Below, piece after piece: positions 27,501 through 35,188 of a stretch of DNA of 64,000 bases. Both the position numbers and the translations under genes were made by a program. The DNA is taken from contig PYJC01000170.1 of the NCBI GenBank assembly GCA_003635255.1, positions 2,500 through 66,499 of the forward strand. The letters are read 5' to 3'. Origin of the DNA: Candidatus Poribacteria bacterium (GTDB lineage: Bacteria > Poribacteria > WGA-4E > WGA-3G). Numbering within the stretch: position 1 is the stretch's first letter; every line of letters starts with the position of its first letter. The notes under the pieces were generated by a model, which did not search any database, had not been told where the DNA came from, and saw nothing but the letters and a program-made list of their open reading frames with translations.

Positions 27501-27728
27501 AATTCCAAGTGTGGGTTGACTGGGAGGGAATGGTGGTAGCTGCCAGTAGTCACCAATCCGATCTTGCGTCAATTCATCAAGATCAAGCTCTTCAGCAGAT
27601 AAAGAATAGGCTACGTCTTCAAATTCAACGTCTTCGGGGATGTGCCAACCGAATTTCTCGCGCAGAAAGTCTAAGAGGGTGTCAAAGTCATGGATGTTGT
27701 GAATATCGTTTGGTGTTATGTGGGGCAT
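24573..27728 (-). CDS. Gamma-class N6-adenine DNA methyltransferase (Eco57I/PglX/type IIG-like) with a roughly 330-aa N-terminal domain and a C-terminal putative target-recognition region
   Basis: Motif I ICDPACGSGAYLLG precedes motif IV IVGNPPYV; 1051 aa. Confidence 0.85.
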   Translation of the reverse strand: MPHITPNDIHNIHDFDTLLDFLREKFGWHIPEDVEFEDVAYSLSAEELDLDELTQDRIGDYWQLPPFPPSQPTLGIFEDTQPWGIFFLQFNSEDIYRTALRRVLRGLVERRDRNSSLPTWKHDHLLFICTTTDFQRFAFAHFASNENWRRAVLSIFSWEQGDTHIRTLCEYNLPALAFPSDGFSDDKAWLKAWQEAFDVEAVTDKFFADYQRVFAQVEKAVKGIPEDETEARRLYTQRLFNRLMFLRFIEKKGWLTYNGNRDYLRVLFDATESGTDENFLNDRLYWAFFHGLGNAADQPEESSAAVERRGGVPFLNGGLFEMQKDDVQNAVHIPNDKFAEILELFERYNFTVTESTPLDIEVAVDPEMLGKVFEELVTGRHDTGSYYTPRPVVSFMCRESLKICLQNKTDETPEILQAFIDDGDATKIRNPERVLQVLQTLRICDPACGSGAYLLGMMGELLRLREALFQSNQIDSPIIYQRKLDIIQKNLYGVDKDEFAVNIAMLRLWLSLAVDYEGDTPEPLPNLDYKVAAGDSLTGPAPEQIGLEADLIQQIQEHQAEYLVTHTDPEKQRLREVIAELKESLQGWQANADVFVWQVEFSEVFQEGGFDIIVGNPPYVRQENIIPIKPVLEQLFPEVFTGTADLYVYFYKRGAELLRTGGVLSYISSNNFLRVAYGKKLRSFFTNRVKLHRLLDFGNVPVFKAHVDTCILLAESAPPADKAFFAATFRDKADIPRLSEAFREKSFSMDSRDLSPDGWALTSSEVLRLLARLQQIGTPLEEYVDGGFYMGVKTGCNDAFIIDKPVCQKLIAENARSGELIKPVLRGRNLRRWKANSTNEYLIVIASSANREWPWSDARNTSEAEQIFAETYPAVYNHLKGYRDQLIARGDQGMFYWELRSCVYYAEFKKPKVIYPQTAKALYGCYDTAGTFGLNNVYFIPTRDLSLLAVLNSRLFDWYARHKFYNLNDPWEGGRLQFFAQYMEKVPIADRTAAQKAELSRLVEQILAAPESDGVRDIEQKIDELVYQLYGLTDAEVELIKQTYQDAGMEV

Positions 27729-27743
27729 TCGGTAGTTTCCAAA

Positions 27744-28148
27744 TCAGGTGGAATGTGATTCAGAGACTGGCTCTGTGCTTGTCTCTAACGGCGCGTTTGA
27801 TGGCGTTAAGTGTTCACTTGCGAGTTCGCTGCTATTCCCCTCTGCTAATAGCGGTTCGATTGAGAGCTGCCATCCAAGTGCCTTGAGAACGGCATTCAGG
27901 GTACCAAGATGCAGTGGGTCTCCGCTGTATAGAAATTCTGAGAGGACTTTCGGGGTGATGCCGGCTTGCTTGGCAATTTTGGAAGTCCCGCCTTGGGCTT
28001 CTACAACATTCCGGATCCCCTTTAGAAAAAAGGGTGTGTCTCCATCAACAAGATATTCTTCCAATGAAACCTGGAGGTAACTCATCGCTTCCTCTCGGTT
28101 AGCGAGTTTTTCAATTAGGAATTCGTGCCATGTTGTTAGTTTTTCCAT
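27744..28148 (-). CDS. higA: HigA-type antitoxin (addiction-module antidote protein with HTH, TIGR02684-like)
   Basis: ...FLKGIRNVVEAQGGTSKIAKQAGITPKVLSEFL HTH; overlaps the higB stop by about 13 nt. Confidence 0.7.
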   Translation of the reverse strand: MEKLTTWHEFLIEKLANREEAMSYLQVSLEEYLVDGDTPFFLKGIRNVVEAQGGTSKIAKQAGITPKVLSEFLYSGDPLHLGTLNAVLKALGWQLSIEPLLAEGNSSELASEHLTPSNAPLETSTEPVSESHST

Positions 28149-28483
28149 CGTTGTGTCTCCTTGTATTGCGACCAATATTCCTTTGCTCGCTGAATGTCCC
28201 TTGCCTGCGACGACTTGTCGCCTGCACAGAGGAGAAGAACAATTGTATTTTCGACTTCAGCAAAATAAATACGATAGCCTGCACCGAAGTGGGAACGTAA
28301 CTCAAATACACCTTCCCCGACAGATTTAGAATCTCCGAAATTGCCATCTTCAAGTCTGTCAAGCCGTTTTTGAATTCTGCTTCGCACGCTTCGATCTTGA
28401 ATTGTGTTATACCACTCGATAAAAGGCATTCTCCCGTTGGGTGTTCGATAAAATTTTAGTTCTCTTGGCTGTGTATAGCGCAT
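28136..28483 (-). CDS. higB: HigB/RelE-like toxin (addiction-module killer protein, TIGR02683-like)
   Basis: About 115 aa; ...MPFIEWYNTIQDRSVRSRIQKRLDRLEDGNFGDSKSVGEGVFELR...YRIYF is typical of this family. Confidence 0.7.
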   Translation of the reverse strand: MRYTQPRELKFYRTPNGRMPFIEWYNTIQDRSVRSRIQKRLDRLEDGNFGDSKSVGEGVFELRSHFGAGYRIYFAEVENTIVLLLCAGDKSSQARDIQRAKEYWSQYKETQRWKN

Positions 28484-28611
28484 TGATAATATCTTGTTCT
28501 TATCCAAGCGATATATTTCTAAAGTATATCACAAGTTCGGCAGAAAATCAAAGGGTGATGTGAGAAAAGTCGGGATTATAAACCCCTCCCACAAGTATTA
28601 GATAGATGGTT

Positions 28612-29181
28612 TCAGGCATCCAACTTGAAATGGACGAGCGAGATATATTCATCAACAATAGGTCGGCTTTTTCTCCCGCTGAAGCATGCAAAGCCGATGC
28701 TTTGGAAGTTGGTGGTTGTGCAGATAAAGAGAAGTTTATCGTGCTGCCAAAAAGGGAGTGAAACACTACGCCCGTGCCTGTCAACAAGCCCTCGCAGAAC
28801 TTGACGCAAGAGTGTCCTGCAGGCATCAAGTTCCACGTTATCATCAAACTGGATAAAGAAGATACCCCACTGTTGTTGGTTCTCCAGTGAATCTAAATCT
28901 AAAAGTTGCAGCTGCTGATAGGTCTGGGTGTTAGCATTGGATTTACGCGTCACCGCAGACAAATCAAATTCAACATCGTAAAGCTGCAGTTGCCGACAAC
29001 TAACAATTCGGGCTTGAGTGTCAGGATTAAGTTCAAGGTCACTTGCAGACCAGTCATAGGTAATTTCTTCAAACTTCAGACCTTCGTCCGGAATGGGCCA
29101 ATTGAGGCTATCCCGCAAAAAGTCAACCAAGGATTCAAAGTTGTGAACCTCCTGAATTTTGGGTGAAAATTCGTTGCGCAT
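28612..29181 (-). CDS. Stand-alone paralog of the methyltransferase N-terminal domain (190 aa)
   Basis: AGGAG RBS; alignable to residues about 10-190 of the 1051-aa methyltransferase (shared blocks include ...VDFLR..., WGIFF(L/I)QF, LLRQVLRGLV.R, HD.LLFICTTT.FQ); located 35 nt after the helicase stop. Confidence 0.65.
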   Translation of the reverse strand: MRNEFSPKIQEVHNFESLVDFLRDSLNWPIPDEGLKFEEITYDWSASDLELNPDTQARIVSCRQLQLYDVEFDLSAVTRKSNANTQTYQQLQLLDLDSLENQQQWGIFFIQFDDNVELDACRTLLRQVLRGLVDRHGRSVSLPFWQHDKLLFICTTTNFQSIGFACFSGRKSRPIVDEYISLVHFKLDA

Positions 29182-29215
29182 TTCGTTGCTATAGTCTCCT
29201 TGTCGGAAATTGATT

Positions 29216-32200
29216 TCAGGAAATCTCCATCCATGCGATGAGTTTAGGTTTAGCCCCCATAGGTGCTTGTATCTGCATGAGATACTTGCGTATGTGGCGT
29301 TCAATTTTTTTGCGCGCATCCACAAGACCACCCGGGCCGTTTTCTGTCCAGCGCGTGGTATTCTCGCCACATCGGATTTCGGGCCAGATATCCTCAACGT
29401 TCCCAATCACTTCATCTACGTCAGCATCATAGAAGTACCATTTAATTTCACCGTTTGGCATCTCGTAACAACAGAAAACTCCCGCGTCTCCGACGCGATC
29501 AAGCGGAATCGGTTCACCATCGCGATTGAGAAATGGTGGTGGCTCGTCGTCTACATCTTTGCCGGAAAAAAGTCGCATTGGGAGGTCAGGAAGCCGCCGC
29601 CACAACTCAGGGCTGGATTCAGAAATACGTTGACGTTCAAGGTTCATCAGTTCCTCAATGCTTTCTCTACCCTCATAATGCTCATTGAAAAGGCGAAGGG
29701 TTTCATCGTCATCATCGGGTGAAACGAACTTCCCTTCAATACCGAGGGTTCGACTAATACGGAGGATTTTACCATCAACGCGTTTTCGGAGTTTGAGGAT
29801 GTCGTCAAGCTCCGCCGGAGGAAGGAAATTCCAGACGTGAACAGTCGGATTTGTGCGATTAAGTTGCACCTCAATTTCTGCGTCAAGTCGTCGGTCTAAT
29901 CTACCAATACGTTGCATGAGACGGACAGGGTTCCAATGCAGGTCGTAATTGACGATGATGGACGCGTCTTGCAAGTTAAGCCCTTCGGCAAGGACATCCG
30001 TTGTGATGAGTGTCTGAACCGGCACAACACTTTCAAGAGACTTTCCGTTATAACATGGTGAAAAGCGTTCAATAATCTCCTCACGGTTTACTTTACGTCG
30101 GCTATCAATTTGTTCTATATCCTTGAAACCTGTCTGCTGCAGCTGGGTGTAGAGATAACGAGCGGTGTCGCAGAATTCCGTAAAAATAAGCAACTTCTCA
30201 TTTGGATGCTTTTTCAATAGGTTTAGCAGCTGCTGGAGTTTGTCATCTTGCTCTGTAGCAGGTTCACTTGCCAACTGGTCAGCATAGAAAAGCCGATAGA
30301 TTCGACTAAGAAGTGCTGTTAAGAAATTCATATCGTCGACAACATCGTCAAACAATCTGTCCACATCATGGTCTTCTGGCACAAAAACGTCTTCGGGTTC
30401 AATGGAAGCGAGGTCGTCCTCTTCTTCAGACGGATTGGATACTATAGCGCGTTGTAGGTTTTCTGAGGCATGTTGTGATGAAACTCCATCCTCTTGCAGT
30501 CGTTCTAAGATGTGCTCCTGCACAACGCGCCACCATCTCCGATTTGTGCCTTCCCACATTTCAAAACGTTCAGGGGCGTGTTTTTTAAGCCAGTCCGCCA
30601 TTTTGAGGAGCAGATTTTCAATAGTTGCTTCAAATGCTCGCCATGAACTTTCTAAGCGTTTGAGCACAAGCGTCCGGATGAGACCTATAACTTGCTTTTC
30701 ACGCTGTTCAATCCGTCTCTCTGGCTTTTTGTGATACTTGACAGTGTTGTAGATTGCCAGATTAAGAAACGGGTTATGTCGGTCGAAGGCAGCTTGCAGT
30801 TCGTCGTAGAGTGTCCGATAGACTCGACGAAGTGAGTAGTCTACGGTTGGTTCAATAACGCGCTCTGGAAAGAGGATATCTGTCCCTGATTTCTGCTCTG
30901 CATCTTTGATGTATTTACGGCTCCTCTGAATCAACACCTGTTTCAGAAGTGGGTCTTGGCGCAAAAAGTCATCTTCTTCAACCTGACCGGCAATCTCGGT
31001 GGTTTCATCCTCAAGCTGTCTTTCCATGTCGCGAAAGTATTTACGGAAATCATGCATACCGATGCTGGAGAAATGCCTTCTATTGCTCTGCGCGAAATAG
31101 TTAATCAGATGATAGATATCGTCCAAGCTGTTATTGATTGGTGTGGCGGTGAGGAGATAGAGTGTTTTGTTCTGTGCGAGTTCCATCAGAAGTCTACCGC
31201 GATTGGAACTCGGGTTCCGAAAATGGTGTGCTTCGTCTATAATAATAACGTCTTTGTGTTCTCGAAAGTATTCAAGATCATCATCGCTGATTCCGCCCCT
31301 GCGGCCAAGGTCAGTATGCAGCTTGATATCGTAGTGTTCGCGGAGCAGTCGGCCGTATTTTGATCGGAGTTGACGGTTCACTTGGCTGTTCCAAACGCTC
31401 TCTGCTATCGATTTAGGCGTAATGAGTAGGACGCGTTTGTTTTCCCTAAGATAGCGTTCAAGCAGCATCAAGCCAATATAGGTTTTACCGCTACCGACAC
31501 CATCGCAGATCAGCGCGCCATTCCATGTATCTGCTATCTGGAGCGCGGCGTGGTAACCATCTTTTTGGTACTGTGAAAGCGTTCCGTAAATTATCGACTC
31601 TTTTTCTTCCCACTCGTCAGCGGGTTTTTCGCGGCCTCTAAAGTAGGTGTGGAGTGATTTTGCGTAAACAGTAAATGGTGGGTACTCCTTAAGGTGCCGT
31701 TGAATCGTGCGAAGCAGTTCCTCCTTTACTTCAGAGGCTTCCTCCCAACGGGCATCGTACCAATCACCAAGTTTTTCAATATGTGTTGCATCCGTGATGA
31801 AGGAATTTAACTCAACGTTTTGGGTGAGGCCTGGGCGGGTGAAGTTGGAACTGCCGACAGTGGCGAAGTCAACCGGACTTGAATTTTGGGCGTGCATCAA
31901 GTTAAGTTTCGCATGAAACTTGGCTTTATCATAAACGCGCACAGCAATTTTCCCACGGCGAATTGCGTCTCGGACAGCGGCAAGCCCCCGGAGGGTGTCG
32001 TCCTGTTCTTTTTCGGATTCAATATTGGTATCAGTGGTTTCTTGTAAGGCTCTGATGAGATGATCTTTTGTGCGCCGTGTGGTCTCGTCACCCATCAGGA
32101 GACGGATGCCATCCAAGTGCTGCCATGTCTCTCCGAGTGATAGAAATGCCCCAATTTCAAACGTGCCGGTTGCTATATCTAAACTGACACTTTTCATGAG

Positions 32201-32266
32201 AAGGCTTTCAAGGACTTTTTGGAGGGTGTTGCCTTCCACATTGTCAATGAGTGTCGGAATCTGCAT
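29216..32266 (-). CDS. Phospholipase-D-family nuclease fused to an SNF2/DEAH superfamily-2 helicase
   Basis: N-terminal HKD motif HAKLNLMH...VGSSNFT; helicase motif I DGVGSGKT, motif II IIIDEAHHFRN, motif VI QRIGRLDRR; 1016 aa. Confidence 0.85.
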   Translation of the reverse strand: MQIPTLIDNVEGNTLQKVLESLLMKSVSLDIATGTFEIGAFLSLGETWQHLDGIRLLMGDETTRRTKDHLIRALQETTDTNIESEKEQDDTLRGLAAVRDAIRRGKIAVRVYDKAKFHAKLNLMHAQNSSPVDFATVGSSNFTRPGLTQNVELNSFITDATHIEKLGDWYDARWEEASEVKEELLRTIQRHLKEYPPFTVYAKSLHTYFRGREKPADEWEEKESIIYGTLSQYQKDGYHAALQIADTWNGALICDGVGSGKTYIGLMLLERYLRENKRVLLITPKSIAESVWNSQVNRQLRSKYGRLLREHYDIKLHTDLGRRGGISDDDLEYFREHKDVIIIDEAHHFRNPSSNRGRLLMELAQNKTLYLLTATPINNSLDDIYHLINYFAQSNRRHFSSIGMHDFRKYFRDMERQLEDETTEIAGQVEEDDFLRQDPLLKQVLIQRSRKYIKDAEQKSGTDILFPERVIEPTVDYSLRRVYRTLYDELQAAFDRHNPFLNLAIYNTVKYHKKPERRIEQREKQVIGLIRTLVLKRLESSWRAFEATIENLLLKMADWLKKHAPERFEMWEGTNRRWWRVVQEHILERLQEDGVSSQHASENLQRAIVSNPSEEEDDLASIEPEDVFVPEDHDVDRLFDDVVDDMNFLTALLSRIYRLFYADQLASEPATEQDDKLQQLLNLLKKHPNEKLLIFTEFCDTARYLYTQLQQTGFKDIEQIDSRRKVNREEIIERFSPCYNGKSLESVVPVQTLITTDVLAEGLNLQDASIIVNYDLHWNPVRLMQRIGRLDRRLDAEIEVQLNRTNPTVHVWNFLPPAELDDILKLRKRVDGKILRISRTLGIEGKFVSPDDDDETLRLFNEHYEGRESIEELMNLERQRISESSPELWRRLPDLPMRLFSGKDVDDEPPPFLNRDGEPIPLDRVGDAGVFCCYEMPNGEIKWYFYDADVDEVIGNVEDIWPEIRCGENTTRWTENGPGGLVDARKKIERHIRKYLMQIQAPMGAKPKLIAWMEIS

Positions 32267-32374
32267 ACTTATCTAAATTTTCTTTCTATAGAGTTTATTT
32301 AAGCATACCATAGTCAAAAGAAATTTTCAATTTTTCCTATAAAAAAGCAGTTTTTAATCTTTTTCGTAATAAAA

Positions 32375-32407
32375 ATGTAAAAATTATGTAAAAATTATGT
32401 AAAAATT
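32375..32407. repeat. 3 x 11-bp perfect direct repeat (atgtaaaaatt) abutting a TTGACA box in the divergent intergenic region
   Basis: Lies between the start of the helicase operon (minus strand) and the STAS gene (plus strand). Confidence 0.8.
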
Positions 32408-32568
32408 TGACATTTGCTATTAACTTTTTCAGTTTCATCCTTATAATTAATGCAGTGGATATTTGCATGTATCATCATGCAAAATCTCATGTCCCATTTA
32501 TGAAGGAAACCGAAGGTATATTTTAAGGTTGACGGCTCCGAAAAAAAATAATAATAAAGGAGAAACCC

Positions 32569-32916
32569 ATGAAAACGATGACGCGTCTGAAAAATGGTAT
32601 TCCGATTTTGGAACCCCACGGTAAAATTGTCGGTCCTGCGGTATCGGAATTGCGAGAGAAACTCGCGTTAGAGTTATTAGACGCTTCCGATACACCCTGC
32701 TTTCTCATCAATTTCGAGCATGTTCACAAGATAGATAGTTCCGCGCTCGGCATGCTGGTAAATGTACATGTTATCGCGGCGCAGATGAATAGTCGTATCG
32801 GTATTATCAATATTGGGCGACACATTAAGAATTTACTCGTCCTAAGTCGGCTTGTGAGTATTTTTGAACATTTCGAGAGCGAGGATGCTGCGGTTTCGGC
32901 ATTCACCAGGGACTGA
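32569..32916 (+). CDS. Anti-sigma-factor antagonist (STAS/SpoIIAA-like), paralog 1
   Basis: 115 aa; conserved DSSALGMLV phospho-Ser region; GGAGA RBS. Confidence 0.8.
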   Translation: MKTMTRLKNGIPILEPHGKIVGPAVSELREKLALELLDASDTPCFLINFEHVHKIDSSALGMLVNVHVIAAQMNSRIGIINIGRHIKNLLVLSRLVSIFEHFESEDAAVSAFTRD

Positions 32917-32942
32917 GGACAGGAAACCGTTTAAATTCGATA

Positions 32943-33023
32943 GTCCGCCACCCCATTTAGAAACACAATGCTCGACGATGTCGGTGAAGACGCGAGCATT
33001 GGAAATGTGTGGGTGTGGCGGAC
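32943..33023 (+). other. Nested inverted repeats (9-bp outer and 9-bp inner stems) forming a candidate structured RNA element after the STAS gene
   Basis: gtccgccac at 32943-51 pairs with gtggcggac at 33015-23; caatgctcg at 32966-74 pairs with cgagcattg at 32993-33001. Confidence 0.35.
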
Positions 33024-33129
33024 AACAACAGGAAATCTGGTTTGAATGATGCCCCATTGTATCAGACAGATTGGCGAGGGTTCTTTATATTAGTTTTATG
33101 TTGACACTATTTCAAAAGGAACCATTACA

Positions 33130-33987
33130 ATGAAAAGCGGAATCTACTTTATGACATTTGCGATAATCATCGGTATTTTCTCACTCAATACGGCACATGC
33201 ATCTATTGTAACAGATGGGCTTGTCAGCTATTGGACCTTTGATAAAGGATACATTATTAAGAAAACAGCAAAAGATGTATGGGGTGACAACGACGGTACA
33301 ATCAGTGGAAATCCTAAAGTTGTTCCCGGTAAGGTAGGAGAGGCACTTGAATTTGACGGTTCTGGCGATCTTGTTAACCTAACCACACTCGGAGATTTTG
33401 GCAGGCAGATTGGGACGGCTTCGTTTGAAGCATGGATCAAAACCAGTAATACGACGCGTTGGATGACGTTAATCAATACGCATGGCGCGGAATGTCCTTA
33501 TTGGGGAATAGAATTCAATGGGAAAAATAAAAAAGATAGATTTGAGATTATCGAGAGAACTCTTTGGTATTACTTTAGCGTTGGCGGTCCAAGATCATGT
33601 GGCACGGTTGGTAGCGGAAGAAGTGTAGGTATTTTTGATGGAGAATGGCATCACATTGTTTATACAAGTGACTATGCGATAGCGGAGGGGGCAGGCGGAA
33701 GTGGCAAAAAAGTCATGTATATAGACGGTGCATCCGGTTATCCGGACAATCATTCATTTAGTGGTAACAGAGCATTTTCGCCATTTACAGCACCTGTAAC
33801 CCTTGGTGCCAGAAAATTTCCCGGGAAATCACAAGGTCACTTCATGGGTATGATTGATGAGGTTCGTCTTTACGCGCGTCCGCTCACAGCAGCTGAGGTA
33901 TATCAGAACTTTGTATCAACCCAACCTTATAACGTTGTGTCGAAAGGAAAGTTGTCTACTGTCTGGGCAACATTGAAGAGAAAATGA
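33130..33987 (+). CDS. Secreted LamG/concanavalin-A-like lectin domain protein (Laminin_G_3-like)
   Basis: Signal peptide; ...LVSYWTFD...GNPKVVPGKVGEALEFDGSGDLVNL...FEAWIKT pattern typical of the LamG jelly-roll. Confidence 0.65.
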   Translation: MKSGIYFMTFAIIIGIFSLNTAHASIVTDGLVSYWTFDKGYIIKKTAKDVWGDNDGTISGNPKVVPGKVGEALEFDGSGDLVNLTTLGDFGRQIGTASFEAWIKTSNTTRWMTLINTHGAECPYWGIEFNGKNKKDRFEIIERTLWYYFSVGGPRSCGTVGSGRSVGIFDGEWHHIVYTSDYAIAEGAGGSGKKVMYIDGASGYPDNHSFSGNRAFSPFTAPVTLGARKFPGKSQGHFMGMIDEVRLYARPLTAAEVYQNFVSTQPYNVVSKGKLSTVWATLKRK

Positions 33988-34349
33988 TAGCGTTCCCTAC
34001 ATCTAAATTGTAGCAATAGTGAGTTTTGAAGGAAAATAGAAAAAATATGGGAGCAAAACGTGTTTTATAAGAATTTTTATTAAATTTATTTGCTTTTTTC
34101 CCTAAAAATACTATATAATAGCAGTTGGATACAGGCTTTATAATTTTATATTTGAAATAATAACAAGAATTGACGATTTATAACCCAAGTTGCGGGTTGT
34201 CCGTCTAAGCGAAACCCAACGTCTCACTTTTATCAAACTCACGTATAATCAAGAACAATAAGCAGATTCTTGGTAACCAGTCCAACAAATGCAAGCTGGC
34301 AACGTAGTATATCGTAAGTCAAGGGCTTGCTTTCATGGAGGACAAATTT

Positions 34350-35000
34350 ATGAAATTGAGATGTCAATTGAAAGGCATAAAATGTCCACATTATAAGCAT
34401 CAGGGGGTTTTCCATCCTGATGACGAAACGGTAAAACGGCTGCTGCCGGATTTGAATTGGTGTGCTGACTGTATGGCGCATGCTACCCCGCAGTACCCTG
34501 ATATTCGGGATGATTTGCTGCAGATTGCCTCCGTTGTACTCGTCGAAAAGGGACCTAAGTTCAATTCGACACATCGGAGTGGCGCGAGTTTTGGCACCTT
34601 CATCCGCCCACAAATCTGTGGAACTTTGAGAAACGCAAAAGAGAAGGAACTCTTACACAACAGGCGTGAACTGCCCCATGCTGATGACGGGTGGGATTCA
34701 TACGGAGATGCGGATGCTGAACCCAATCGGGATGCCGGATGGTGGCACGAGGTTTTAGACTTGCACGCTGAATTTGAGGATAAACTCGTGCGAGACATCA
34801 GTTTTCAAGAGGCCTTACCGGAACTCCTACAAACGTTGACAGCGCGTGAACGCGAGGTTTTCGCTTGCCTTCGTGAGAATCAGCAGAATCACGAAATTGC
34901 TGAGGCGTTGAAACTTTCTGAAGCGCGCGTCAGCCAACTGGTGAAAACGGTAACGCTGAAACTGACACATGCGGGACAAAGGCTCGGTCTATCAGAATAA
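34350..35000 (+). CDS. Sigma-70-family (ECF-like) sigma factor with an N-terminal Cys/His-rich extension
   Basis: GGAGG RBS 8 nt before the ATG at 34350; region 2 DLLQIASVVLVEKGPKFN...FGTFIRPQICGTL; region 4 LTAREREVFACLRENQQNHEIAEALKLSEARVSQL; N-terminal C-x6-C-x-H-x2-H and C-x2-C-x2-H. Confidence 0.65.
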   Translation: MKLRCQLKGIKCPHYKHQGVFHPDDETVKRLLPDLNWCADCMAHATPQYPDIRDDLLQIASVVLVEKGPKFNSTHRSGASFGTFIRPQICGTLRNAKEKELLHNRRELPHADDGWDSYGDADAEPNRDAGWWHEVLDLHAEFEDKLVRDISFQEALPELLQTLTAREREVFACLRENQQNHEIAEALKLSEARVSQLVKTVTLKLTHAGQRLGLSE

Positions 35001-35188
35001 CTATTTTAGGGAGGTCACTTTTGGAGATACCTACACTTCAAACATAGCGGCGATTGTAGATACCGGTAATGATACTGGCCTGCAATCGCCCTTTTATTTT
35101 TTTCTCAACTTGAAACTGAACATTTTGAACTTGACAGTCCTCCACCTTTGTGATAAAATTCTACGCATTCTACAAGACAGGAGTCGTT

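Noticed and set aside
32842-33057. ORFs of 61-71 aa on both strands downstream of STAS paralog 1
   Set aside because: They coincide with the nested inverted-repeat element. Symmetric ORFs on both strands are typical of palindromic non-coding DNA.
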